From an uncultured Candidatus Saccharibacteria bacterium (lineage in GTDB: Bacteria; Patescibacteriota; Saccharimonadia; Saccharimonadales; UBA10212), in NCBI GenBank assembly GCA_964624785.1, contig CAZUXR010000001.1, positions 213 through 64,212 on the forward strand: a DNA stretch of 64,000 bases, written 5' to 3'. The notes under the pieces were generated by a model, which was given only the letters and a program-made list of their open reading frames with translations, ran no database searches and was not told the DNA's origin. Position 1 is the stretch's first letter, and every line of letters begins with the position of its first letter. Below are positions 52,664-61,070 of the stretch, piece by piece. Made by a program: the position numbers and the translations under genes.

Positions 52664-52747
52664 GCGTACAGCGGCCAGGGGTTAGCGGACAGGAATTTCG
52701 GATCTGAACGCTAAACGCTATACGCAGTACGCTAGCCGGTTTATATA
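52664..52747. repeat. heptanucleotide mosaic, copy D (partial)
   Basis: GCGTACA GCGGCCA GGGGTTA GCGGACA ... GAACGCT AAACGCT ATACGCA GTACGCT AGCCGGT TTATATA. The AACGCTA block shares about 30 nt with copy B. Confidence 0.65.
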
Positions 52748-52831
52748 AACAGATACGAAGTTCTAAATCTCAAGGATTAACCCCCGAGCGCTAAAAAAAG
52801 CGCCCGGGGTAATCCCCACAGCAGCAAACCG

Positions 52832-53473
52832 CTACAGCAGCAAACCGGCGCGCTCAGCTCTTTTCTGGAGTCGGTTGAAGTGACCGAGCAGGATGCGCGC
52901 TTCTTCTGGGTCCACCATCGTCTGGTCGACGCTGTTGAGCCCGTCGAGTCCGCGACCCAGCTCAAGTAAACCTTTACGGATCAGCCCGAGGGTGATCTCT
53001 CTGCGGTGAGTATCGGCATACTCACGGTCGGAGCCTGACAGCATGCGGATGACCTCGTCGTGGATCTTGTTGGAGTCGGCATCGAAGTCGAGCAGGATGC
53101 GCGAGGCCACACCATCGTCCTCGCGCACCAGCCCGAGCAGGATGTGCTCGGTGCCGATGTAGTTGTGCCCCAGGGCCAGCGCCTCGCGAAACGCCAGCCC
53201 GAGGACCTTCTTGGCCCTCGGGGTGAACGGGATCTGCCAGAAGGTGACCTCCTCGCCGGAACCGACGGCTCGCACGATCTGGACGCGCACGCGCTCGACG
53301 GTGATGTCGAGGCTCTGAAGGACCCGCGCGGCCAGGCCTTCCTCCTCGCGGAGGAGCCCAAGCAGAATGTGCTCGGTGCCGATGTAGTTGTGCTTGAGGG
53401 TTCTGGCTTCTTCCTGCGCAAGCATGACCACTTGCCGCGCCCGTTCGGTATACCTTTCGAACAACTTTCTCAC
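52832..53473 (-). CDS. stand-alone Clp N-terminal (double Clp_N repeat) domain protein, ClpC1-NTD-like, in high-GC islet 6
   Basis: FERYTERARQVVMLAQEEARTLKHNYIGTEHILLGLL ... IPFTPRAKKVLGLAFREALALGHNYIGTEHILLGLV closely parallels the actinobacterial ClpC1 N-terminus. There is no AAA+ module. The likely true start is the TTG at 53464, preceded by AGGTGA, giving MFERY... nt 53101-53160 hand count is 41/60 G+C. Confidence 0.8.
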   Translation of the reverse strand: MRKLFERYTERARQVVMLAQEEARTLKHNYIGTEHILLGLLREEEGLAARVLQSLDITVERVRVQIVRAVGSGEEVTFWQIPFTPRAKKVLGLAFREALALGHNYIGTEHILLGLVREDDGVASRILLDFDADSNKIHDEVIRMLSGSDREYADTHRREITLGLIRKGLLELGRGLDGLNSVDQTMVDPEEARILLGHFNRLQKRAERAGLLL

Positions 53474-53645
53474 CTGTCTTTCGCTAGTCTTGCTTGTAGG
53501 GATTTTTGAGGATTTTAACTAAACGCAAAATACACGTTTGATCAAAAAGAACCTCATATCTATTTATAAAAAGTGCTAAAACCCCGATAAACCTCGAAGG
53601 CAATAGCTATATTATAAAACAGCCATCAGCAAAAAGCAAAGATCC

Positions 53646-53799
53646 GGCTTTGAGTTATGGTTTGTAGTTTATGGTTTATGGGCTAACCCTGAACACTAAA
53701 CGCTATCCGCTGTACGCTTTTCTTCATTCTCAATTCCCCATTCTGAATTCTAAATTCCTGGTATTTAAGCTCTGGGCTCTCAGCTCTTAGCTTCCCAGA
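53646..53799. repeat. phase-locked heptanucleotide mosaic, copy B
   Basis: 22 consecutive 7-mers in one register. The blocks are AGTTATG GTTTGTA GTTTATG GTTTATG, then GGCTAAC CCTGAAC ACTAAAC GCTATCC GCTGTAC GCTTTTC, then TTCATTC TCAATTC CCCATTC TGAATTC TAAATTC, then TTAAGCT CTGGGCT CTCAGCT CTTAGCT. It overlaps the last codons of the M16 gene. Confidence 0.8.
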
Positions 53800-55075
53800 G
53801 GGGTTGGATAGTTTCGTTCAGCTTATCCGTCAAAGCGCGAGTTTTACTATCACCCAGCAGCCCTAACCCGCCAATTCCATCACTAAACATGCGCTCCGAT
53901 GCCCGCACAATACGGCTTTTAGTTATGGCTTTAATGCGTTTTGGAATAGCGTCGTAATCGTCGATTACATTATCAAAGTAGTAGCGGCTAGAGTAGCCGG
54001 ACATAATTCCGCCAACAGTCTGGCCACTGCGCTGGTAGCGCCCTAATAGGTACTGCTTTGCGGCCTCTAAATCTTCTTCGCTGATTTCCCCTGCCCGCAC
54101 GCGGTTGACCTCACGGACGATGATTTCAAACAGCGGCAAAGCGTTTTTAGGAATCACCTGCGCGCCAAACCACCATACCGAACTGTCTTTTGTGGTGTCT
54201 AAATTAGAGCTCATGGAATAAACCAGTCCGCGCTCGCGGGCTTCGCCCAAAATACGTGAATTTAGAGTAGCAGTTAGCATAGTGTTGACCAGCCCAAGCG
54301 CGTCCCATTCCGAGTCCGAAAAGCGATGATTAGCAAACGCGTCAATATAAAAATGCGTAGTATTAACAGATGGGCGCGACACAAAAACGGGCTTTGGTGG
54401 AGCACTCGGAAGTTCTGATGGTAACTCAATTCGCTCGCGGCCTTTTGGTAGTCCGATATTTTCTAGCAGTTGTTTGATTTGGCTGGTGCGCCCCCGCAAA
54501 TTACCGGCAATTATAAACCGCATATTGCGGGTAGTGTGGGTGTTTTTGTAATGCTCTACAACATCTTTTAGCTTAACGTTTTTCATTAGTTTTAGGCATT
54601 CGCGGTCGGTCATGGCCAGCAGCCCATAAGCCTGACGAGTCACAGCATGCAAGTGCAAAAAGTGGTTGTTTGCCCGAGCCGCACGCTCGTCTTTCACGTT
54701 ACCAAATTCGGCCTTAAATTCGTCGCGCAAAAAAAGCGGCTTGCTAATTGCGGTAAGCATTAGCTCTAGCACGCGTTGCCACTCAAAGTCGGCGGCTTCG
54801 GCTTCGTAGGTTACATGATATGTGCTGGTGTGTGCATTAGAATACGCACCGTTTTTTTCGAACTCTGCCTGAAACGCCCGCGCTTTTGGATATTGCTTAT
54901 TAGCGCCAAGCAGTACATGTTCCATTAAATGCGGAGCTTCCCATTTGTCTTTTGGTACCAGGTATTCGCCCGCTCTAAAGTTAAATTCATAATCCATAAC
55001 AGTGGCGCCAGGCACATCGATCAAAATACCTTTTGCGCCATTTTTTAGTTCAATCTCGGTTGCGGTGTGCTTCAT
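53780..55075 (-). CDS. M16-family (pitrilysin/insulinase-like) zinc peptidase
   Basis: Inverted zinc motif HLMEH (HxxEH) near the N-terminus. 431 aa with two-lobed M16 architecture. Confidence 0.85.
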   Translation of the reverse strand: MKHTATEIELKNGAKGILIDVPGATVMDYEFNFRAGEYLVPKDKWEAPHLMEHVLLGANKQYPKARAFQAEFEKNGAYSNAHTSTYHVTYEAEAADFEWQRVLELMLTAISKPLFLRDEFKAEFGNVKDERAARANNHFLHLHAVTRQAYGLLAMTDRECLKLMKNVKLKDVVEHYKNTHTTRNMRFIIAGNLRGRTSQIKQLLENIGLPKGRERIELPSELPSAPPKPVFVSRPSVNTTHFYIDAFANHRFSDSEWDALGLVNTMLTATLNSRILGEARERGLVYSMSSNLDTTKDSSVWWFGAQVIPKNALPLFEIIVREVNRVRAGEISEEDLEAAKQYLLGRYQRSGQTVGGIMSGYSSRYYFDNVIDDYDAIPKRIKAITKSRIVRASERMFSDGIGGLGLLGDSKTRALTDKLNETIQPLWEAKS

Positions 55076-55131
55076 GGAATTAGAATCTCGAATTTGGATT
55101 ATGGAATTTGGAATTAAGATTTATCGAATTT
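55076..55131. repeat. heptanucleotide array, copy C (GAATNNN block)
   Basis: GGAATTA GAATCTC GAATTTG GATTATG GAATTTG GAATTAA GATTTAT CGAATTT fills the M16-secA intergenic gap. It is the reverse-complement type of the NNNATTC block of copy B. Confidence 0.75.
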
Positions 55132-55146
55132 TTCAAAATATGTCCT

Positions 55147-57804
55147 TTATTTCTTACGTCGACCTTTAGTTTTGCGTTTGCGTTCGGCTTTGCGGGCTTT
55201 TTTGCGCTGCGCTTTTACCCGAGCTTCTTTGGCCTGCTCTTCGCGCTCCGGGGTAAAATCGGTTTCGTGGAACTCCTCGGCGGCTAGAATTTTACTGGCG
55301 TTATCTACCGATCCGCGGGCCGCGCGAGTCAGGTCGGTTTCTACTGGGCGATTTAGCGATGACTCGTCCACTGGCTGGGCGCTCATGATTGCGCGAACAA
55401 TTTCTTGGCGCAGAATCATTTGCATATCGTCAAACAATCGTTGGCCCTGGCGGCGATATTCTACCAACGGATCGCGCTGACCAACACTAATCCAGTGAAT
55501 TCCTTCGCGCAAGTGATCCATGTTCTCTAGGTGTTGCATCCATAAGTTATCCAAAACTTGCAAGTAAATATCGCGTTCTACTTTGCGCATAACTTCCGCG
55601 CCAAAGAGCTTTTCGCGACTCTTATACAGCTTTACAGCTGATTCGCTCAGCAAACCTTTAAACTTGTCGGTTTCGGCATCAAACAAAGTGTCTAGAGTCT
55701 TGTCGGTTAGCGGGAAGACTTCTGTTAAGATCGACTCGTAATTTTCGCTCGTGGATTCTGAATGGTTAGCTAGCGCTTCTGCCTCTTCCTGGATAAGTTT
55801 TTTGATTCGAGGGGCGATGTCGTCGCTTGTTAGAATCTCGCGGCGCATGGCGTAAATGGCGCGGCGGTGACGGTTCATTACGTCGTCGTATTGCACCACG
55901 TTTTTGCGAGTATCAAAGTTAAAGCCTTCGACCTTCTTCTGTGCGCCTTCTAGGGCTTTGCTTATCCGGCGACTTTCTAGCGGAGTTTGCTCATCTACCT
56001 TTAGAAGATTCATCAGCGAGGCAATTTTTTCGCCGCCGTAAATACGCATTAGATCATCCTCTGTACTTACATAGAATTGAGTTTTGCCTGGGTCCCCCTG
56101 GCGACCGGCGCGCCCGCGGAGCTGGTTGTCTATGCGGCGCGATTCATGTCGTTCGCTTCCTAGTACAAACAGTCCGCCCAGATCTTTGATCCCATTGCCT
56201 AGCACAATGTCCGTTCCGCGTCCGGCAATGTTGGTAGCCAATGTTACCGCGCCTTTTTCACCGGCTTTAGCTACAATCGAGGCTTCTTTTTCGTTATTTT
56301 TGGCGTTTAAAATTTCGTGCGGAATCCCGGCTTTTTTAAGCAGTCCAGAAAGTAGTTCGTTGCGCTCAATACTCACCGTACCAATCAAAACCGGCTGGCC
56401 TTTTTTGTGAAGATCCTGGACTTCTTTGGCTATGGCGTTAAACTTGCCTGTCTCGCTCTTGTAAATTCGGTCTGGCAAGTCTTGGCGGACCAGTTTGCGG
56501 TTTGATGGGACCTCTACCACGCTAAGTTTATAGACCTGGTGGAATTCTTCTTCTTCGGTCAAAGCCGTACCAGTCATACCGCCAAGCTTGTTATACAAAC
56601 GAAAGTAGTTTTGGAAGCTGATAGACGCTAGAGTCATAGATTCTTCTTGGACCTCTACGCCTTCTTTGGCTTCGATTGCCTGGTGCAGGCCTTCGTTATA
56701 ACGCCGGCCTTTAAGCAAGCGCCCAGTAAAGTCATCAACGATTACGATTTCGCCGTCTTTAGTGACCACGTAATCTTTGTCGCGCTTGAACAAAACTTCA
56801 CCCTTAAGCGCTTGTTCTAGGTGATAAATAGTGCGTAAGTTTTCGGTTGCGTACAAACTTTTTATTCCTAGGATTTTTTCTACCAGCTCTACGCCGTCGT
56901 CGGTTAGAATCACGCTGCGGCGTTTTTCATCTTTTTCGTAGTGGTCGGTCTCTTTTAACGAACGCACGACCTTGGCAAATTGCTGGTAAGCCGCACCGCT
57001 GGCAGTTGCCGGAGCGCTGATAATTAGCGGTGTGCGGGCTTCGTCAATTAGGATTGAGTCGACTTCGTCTACGATGGCGTAGTGTAAGTCGCGCTGGCGC
57101 AGCTGGTCTACTTCGCGGACCATGTTGTCGCGCAAGTAATCAAAGCCGAATTCGTTGTTGGTTCCGTAAGTAATATCGGCGGCGTAAGCGTCCTGACGAC
57201 TAGCTGGGCGCAAATGCTTCATTCGTTCGTCGTAATGGTCTTTGTTTTGATAATCCAGATCGAAAACAAAAGACTGGTCTGGAATAATTACCCCGACACT
57301 AAGTCCTAAGAAGTTATAAACTTGCGCCATCCAGCCGGCATCACGCTGCGCTAGGTAATCGTTAACTGTTACAACATGTACACCTTTGCCTTCCAAGGCG
57401 TTTAAATAAACCGGCAGTGTGGCAACCAGGGTTTTACCTTCTCCGGTCTTCATCTCTGCTACGTTGCCTTCATGCAGCACCATACCACCGATTAATTGCA
57501 CATCAAAGTGACGCTGTTTTAGAGCGCGGCTTGCGGCCTCGCGCACTACGGCGAACGCATCTGGCAAAAGTGAATCTAACTTTGCGCCATCCGCTAAACG
57601 CTTTTTAAGAATATTTGTCTGATCCTTGAGCTTAGCGTCGGTCATGACCTTGTATTTTTGCTCGAGCGCGTTGACCTGTTTTACCCGCTTGCGCATTCGC
57701 TTAATAGTAGCTACTTGCGGATCACCCAGGACACGCTTTACCGCTTTTTTACCAACTTTTCCTACAGATATTTTCAAAAAAATCCCTCTTCCAAGACCCA
57801 CCAA
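55147..57804 (-). CDS. secA: preprotein translocase ATPase SecA
   Basis: 885 aa with DEAD-like motor motifs (MKTGEGKTLV, IVDEVDSILIDEARTPLIIS, TNIAGRGTDI). The exact start is uncertain. Confidence 0.95.
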   Translation of the reverse strand: MVGLGRGIFLKISVGKVGKKAVKRVLGDPQVATIKRMRKRVKQVNALEQKYKVMTDAKLKDQTNILKKRLADGAKLDSLLPDAFAVVREAASRALKQRHFDVQLIGGMVLHEGNVAEMKTGEGKTLVATLPVYLNALEGKGVHVVTVNDYLAQRDAGWMAQVYNFLGLSVGVIIPDQSFVFDLDYQNKDHYDERMKHLRPASRQDAYAADITYGTNNEFGFDYLRDNMVREVDQLRQRDLHYAIVDEVDSILIDEARTPLIISAPATASGAAYQQFAKVVRSLKETDHYEKDEKRRSVILTDDGVELVEKILGIKSLYATENLRTIYHLEQALKGEVLFKRDKDYVVTKDGEIVIVDDFTGRLLKGRRYNEGLHQAIEAKEGVEVQEESMTLASISFQNYFRLYNKLGGMTGTALTEEEEFHQVYKLSVVEVPSNRKLVRQDLPDRIYKSETGKFNAIAKEVQDLHKKGQPVLIGTVSIERNELLSGLLKKAGIPHEILNAKNNEKEASIVAKAGEKGAVTLATNIAGRGTDIVLGNGIKDLGGLFVLGSERHESRRIDNQLRGRAGRQGDPGKTQFYVSTEDDLMRIYGGEKIASLMNLLKVDEQTPLESRRISKALEGAQKKVEGFNFDTRKNVVQYDDVMNRHRRAIYAMRREILTSDDIAPRIKKLIQEEAEALANHSESTSENYESILTEVFPLTDKTLDTLFDAETDKFKGLLSESAVKLYKSREKLFGAEVMRKVERDIYLQVLDNLWMQHLENMDHLREGIHWISVGQRDPLVEYRRQGQRLFDDMQMILRQEIVRAIMSAQPVDESSLNRPVETDLTRAARGSVDNASKILAAEEFHETDFTPEREEQAKEARVKAQRKKARKAERKRKTKGRRKK

Positions 57805-57865
57805 AACTGTTTAAATGATTACCTAATATTCTACCGCAAATTTGCGATAAGTATAAGATCTAAAT

Positions 57866-59164
57866 TTACATCAGTTCACGGCCACCCATAAGGGAGCGCA
57901 AAACTTCCGGAATTCGAACGCGGCCATCGGCCTGCTGATTGTTTTCGATTATAGCGATTAGTGGACGCTGCGAAAAAGCCGTGGCATCATTATTGTGTAC
58001 AAATTCTATAATGCCGTTTTTACGCTTAACCCTGGTGTTGGTGCCGCGTGCCTGGAAATCCGTTATGTAATCGGCAGTGTGAGTCTCTCGGTATTTATCC
58101 TGTCCTGGTAACCAAACGTTTATGTCCATGCCACGGGCGTTTGGAAAACCAATGTCTGCTGTGCATTTATTAAGAAGCTGGTACGGCAAGCCCAGTTGCT
58201 GCATTAAATATTCTTGGATTGCGACCATAAACAGATGCTCGTTCATGGAATGTTCTGCTAGGTTAAAGCTCTCCATCTCGAGCTTGTTGAACTGATGCAA
58301 ACGCAAAATCCCTTCCATGTCTTTGCCGTAAGTTCCGGCCTCGCGGCGAAAGGCTGTAGTGTGACCGACATAGCGCAGCGGAAAGTCGTCTTCGTTCAAA
58401 ATCTCGCCCATATACATTGGTGCCAGAGTGTGTTCGGCGCTGGCGTTTAGCCACAATTCATCGTCTTCTAGCTTGTAGGTTTGCTCTTCTTTGTTTAGGC
58501 GACCGGTTGCTTCGAAAACTGCAGTTTTAGCTACGGCCGGCGGTATAACAGGTATGAATGGCTTGTCACTAACGTTCAAATTATTTTCGCTTATAATTTT
58601 CTGCAAAATTTCTTGATTAGTTAAAACACTCAGGCCAAACTGCCACAAAGCAAATTCCAGCATGACCAGATCGCCTTTTAGGTACACAAACCGGCTGCCG
58701 GCAACTTTGGCGCCGCGCTCCTTATCCAACCAGCCTTTTGCCTGCGCAATCTGGGCATGGTTTTTAATAGCAAAATCAAACTGCGGCTTCTGCCCCCAAG
58801 TTTTTACGACTACGTTTTGGTCTTCGCTAGCGCCAATCGGCACATCACCTGCTGGCATGTTTGGAACTTTTTTAAGCTCAGCTAGCCAAGTGCTTTCGGT
58901 TTCGTTTAGTAGCTCTTCCCTTTTGGCTAGTTCTAGTTTGATCTGCTTGCCTTCGTTGATTAGCTCTTCGGTCGGGCGGCCGGCCTTTTTAATAGCTTCG
59001 GAATTAGCATTGCGGCGGGCACGCAGCGATTCGACAGTTTCTAGCAACTGTAAACGTTCGGAATCCAGCGCCAAAAGCTGGTCAATGTCCACGTTGGCCC
59101 CTTTTTGCGCGGCTTTTACTTTAACAACTTCCGGATTATCGCGGACAAACCTAATATCAATCAT
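57866..59164 (-). CDS. serS: serine--tRNA ligase
   Basis: N-terminal coiled-coil arm (MIDIRFVRDNPE...) and class II motifs (FRREAGTYGKD, TSCSNCTD-like region, GSGLAVGRT-like C-terminus). Confidence 0.95.
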   Translation of the reverse strand: MIDIRFVRDNPEVVKVKAAQKGANVDIDQLLALDSERLQLLETVESLRARRNANSEAIKKAGRPTEELINEGKQIKLELAKREELLNETESTWLAELKKVPNMPAGDVPIGASEDQNVVVKTWGQKPQFDFAIKNHAQIAQAKGWLDKERGAKVAGSRFVYLKGDLVMLEFALWQFGLSVLTNQEILQKIISENNLNVSDKPFIPVIPPAVAKTAVFEATGRLNKEEQTYKLEDDELWLNASAEHTLAPMYMGEILNEDDFPLRYVGHTTAFRREAGTYGKDMEGILRLHQFNKLEMESFNLAEHSMNEHLFMVAIQEYLMQQLGLPYQLLNKCTADIGFPNARGMDINVWLPGQDKYRETHTADYITDFQARGTNTRVKRKNGIIEFVHNNDATAFSQRPLIAIIENNQQADGRVRIPEVLRSLMGGRELM

Positions 59165-59210
59165 GGGTTTTATTATACGTTAATTGCACTAATATTTCGT
59201 TGCTTGCACT

Positions 59211-60167
59211 TTAAACTTCTACAGCAATATGGCCTACATGCAATGCTTTACTAACGCGAACAGTACGGTCCCTACCAACCACCTCTGGTCTAATTTTAGG
59301 AGCATCTTCTTTATCTAGACCTAACAATCTACCGGTTTTCGCAATTATTTCAGGTGACATGCTAGGCATTTCTGCTATTAGAAGTTGGTTTATTTCTGCT
59401 TTATTTAATTTAGGGCGGTCGGGTTCATGTTTACGTGAAGCCATTGCCTGAGCGGCATCTACCCAGGCAACAATTTTTATGGCAAACAAGTCATCCTGGG
59501 TTAGTATTTTTTCTTGGTATAATTCATGGTCGTTAAAAGGATACGGGTCCTTTTCTTTAACGCCATGGTGAAGAAGGATAACTTTTGCCGCAATTGACTC
59601 AGGATCTCCGCCAGCTTCTACGTATCTATCATGGCCAATCTGTGAATGCGTCGCCAATATTGCTCGCTGTATTGGATCTGGCTGTTCAGGCGTATCAAGA
59701 GCGTCGCGCATAGGTGTGCCTTTTTCGGATATTTTGCCGATGTCATGAAGGAGTGCGGCAATCGTAAGATCCTGCAGTTCCTGCCCCCTTTTGCCAAGCC
59801 TGTAGCCAAGAGCCGCGGTCATTTGCGCTACCTCTTGAGTATGTGTCCATGTGTATACATCTTCAACACCGCAAAGCATCTCTTTCATGAATCGCTTTAC
59901 GATTGGGTCTTGTTCTGCCGACCTTAATACATCGGCGACTTCATACCTAAGCTCTTCATCTAGCTCAAATAAGTGATTGGCGCTATGCCGAGCCATGCTC
60001 TCCTTAAGATCACTGAGCGGCTTGAGTTCTCTAAATACATCAGCTTGTGCCGAATCCGGAGCGACTACGAAAGAGTCAAGATCGCTAGGTTGGAGGTGTG
60101 ATGCTTCTGCTATTGCCATAATTAAGCCTTTGCGCTTAGTTATACTCCCTAAAAGTTTAAAATACAA
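59211..60167 (-). CDS. HD-domain phosphohydrolase of the HD-GYP type (degenerate GYP)
   Basis: AALLHDIGK ... THSQIGHDRY ... LLHHGVKEKDPYPF follows the HD-GYP spacing (HD ... H ... HHExxDGxGYP), with GYP replaced by PYP. It abuts the upstream nuclease gene with no gap; the ATG at 60119 is an alternative start. Confidence 0.7.
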   Translation of the reverse strand: MYFKLLGSITKRKGLIMAIAEASHLQPSDLDSFVVAPDSAQADVFRELKPLSDLKESMARHSANHLFELDEELRYEVADVLRSAEQDPIVKRFMKEMLCGVEDVYTWTHTQEVAQMTAALGYRLGKRGQELQDLTIAALLHDIGKISEKGTPMRDALDTPEQPDPIQRAILATHSQIGHDRYVEAGGDPESIAAKVILLHHGVKEKDPYPFNDHELYQEKILTQDDLFAIKIVAWVDAAQAMASRKHEPDRPKLNKAEINQLLIAEMPSMSPEIIAKTGRLLGLDKEDAPKIRPEVVGRDRTVRVSKALHVGHIAVEV

Positions 60168-60941
60168 CTATTTTTTCTTCTGTAAGGCGGCGATTGTTAA
60201 CTCTGTCCTAGCGCGCGCATAGGCACAATGTTCGCACTCCCCACCCATGGCTGCGACACCTACTTTTGGCATGTTGCCTTCCAGGCAGTCTTTCATTTTA
60301 AGCAAAGTTGACTCAATCCACGAATCATCCCCGGTATATGAAATAATTTTTGTACGAAATTCAATACGGTCATTAAATCCATCCACATCCATGCGGCCAT
60401 TGGTATAAACAAAGTAACCGGTGTTATTAACCTTAAAACCATTTGCGCGCAGCAACCATTGGTAAATCTCCATCTGGCGCTTATACATAATTTGCCAGTC
60501 GGCGTCCAAAGTAATCTCTGCGTTTTTAGCGGTAGCTTTGTAGTCGACTACAATGAGCTCGCCTTCGTCATTAACCCAAATATCGTCCACGGCACCAAAG
60601 ATATGCAAGTTAGTCGGCTTATGCAAAGTAGAAACGCCGGTAAAGTTGTGCCGCCATGTATCTAGATCCTTATGCGCGTATGGAATCGCTTTGATCTGGT
60701 TGTCGGTCATTAGTGGGTGGGGTTCTGACTTGGCGCGGTAAATATCAAACTCTTTTTTGAACAGTTCATCAATAGCTTTGTTAATTTGGAAAGGCGGACT
60801 GCTGGGGCGTTTGATTTTAAGACGCTCGCCCAACCAAAAACAGCGCGGACACTGCGTAAAAAGTTCTATTTTGGAACGACTTAATTTGTGAGCAGTGGTC
60901 TGGCCGGGTTTGTAAGCCGGGCTGCGTTCGTAATAAGCCAT
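60168..60941 (-). CDS. PD-(D/E)XK (Cas4/RecB-like) nuclease family protein with CxxC pairs
   Basis: N-terminal CPRCFW, core GAVDDIWVNDEGELIVVDYK (D ... DxK), and C-terminal GGECEHCAY. Confidence 0.7.
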   Translation of the reverse strand: MAYYERSPAYKPGQTTAHKLSRSKIELFTQCPRCFWLGERLKIKRPSSPPFQINKAIDELFKKEFDIYRAKSEPHPLMTDNQIKAIPYAHKDLDTWRHNFTGVSTLHKPTNLHIFGAVDDIWVNDEGELIVVDYKATAKNAEITLDADWQIMYKRQMEIYQWLLRANGFKVNNTGYFVYTNGRMDVDGFNDRIEFRTKIISYTGDDSWIESTLLKMKDCLEGNMPKVGVAAMGGECEHCAYARARTELTIAALQKKK

Positions 60942-60944
60942 TTC

Positions 60945-61055
60945 TTAACCCGCTAACTGCACTGCGATAAACGACAGAATCGCCAGCACAACTGCCACGC
61001 CAGCTAATATCAACGACTTTTTGTACGGGGTTGGAGTTGGAGCTTCTGGAGGCAT
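60945..61055 (-). CDS. possible 36-aa single-TM micro-protein
   Basis: MPPEAPTPTPYKKSLILAGVAVVLAILSFIAVQLAG. A GGGAGA SD lies 7 nt upstream. It sits 15 nt after the heliorhodopsin stop and 3 nt before the nuclease start, and is below the ORF-track cutoff. Confidence 0.35.
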   Translation of the reverse strand: MPPEAPTPTPYKKSLILAGVAVVLAILSFIAVQLAG

Positions 61056-61070
61056 CTTGATCTCCCGCAG

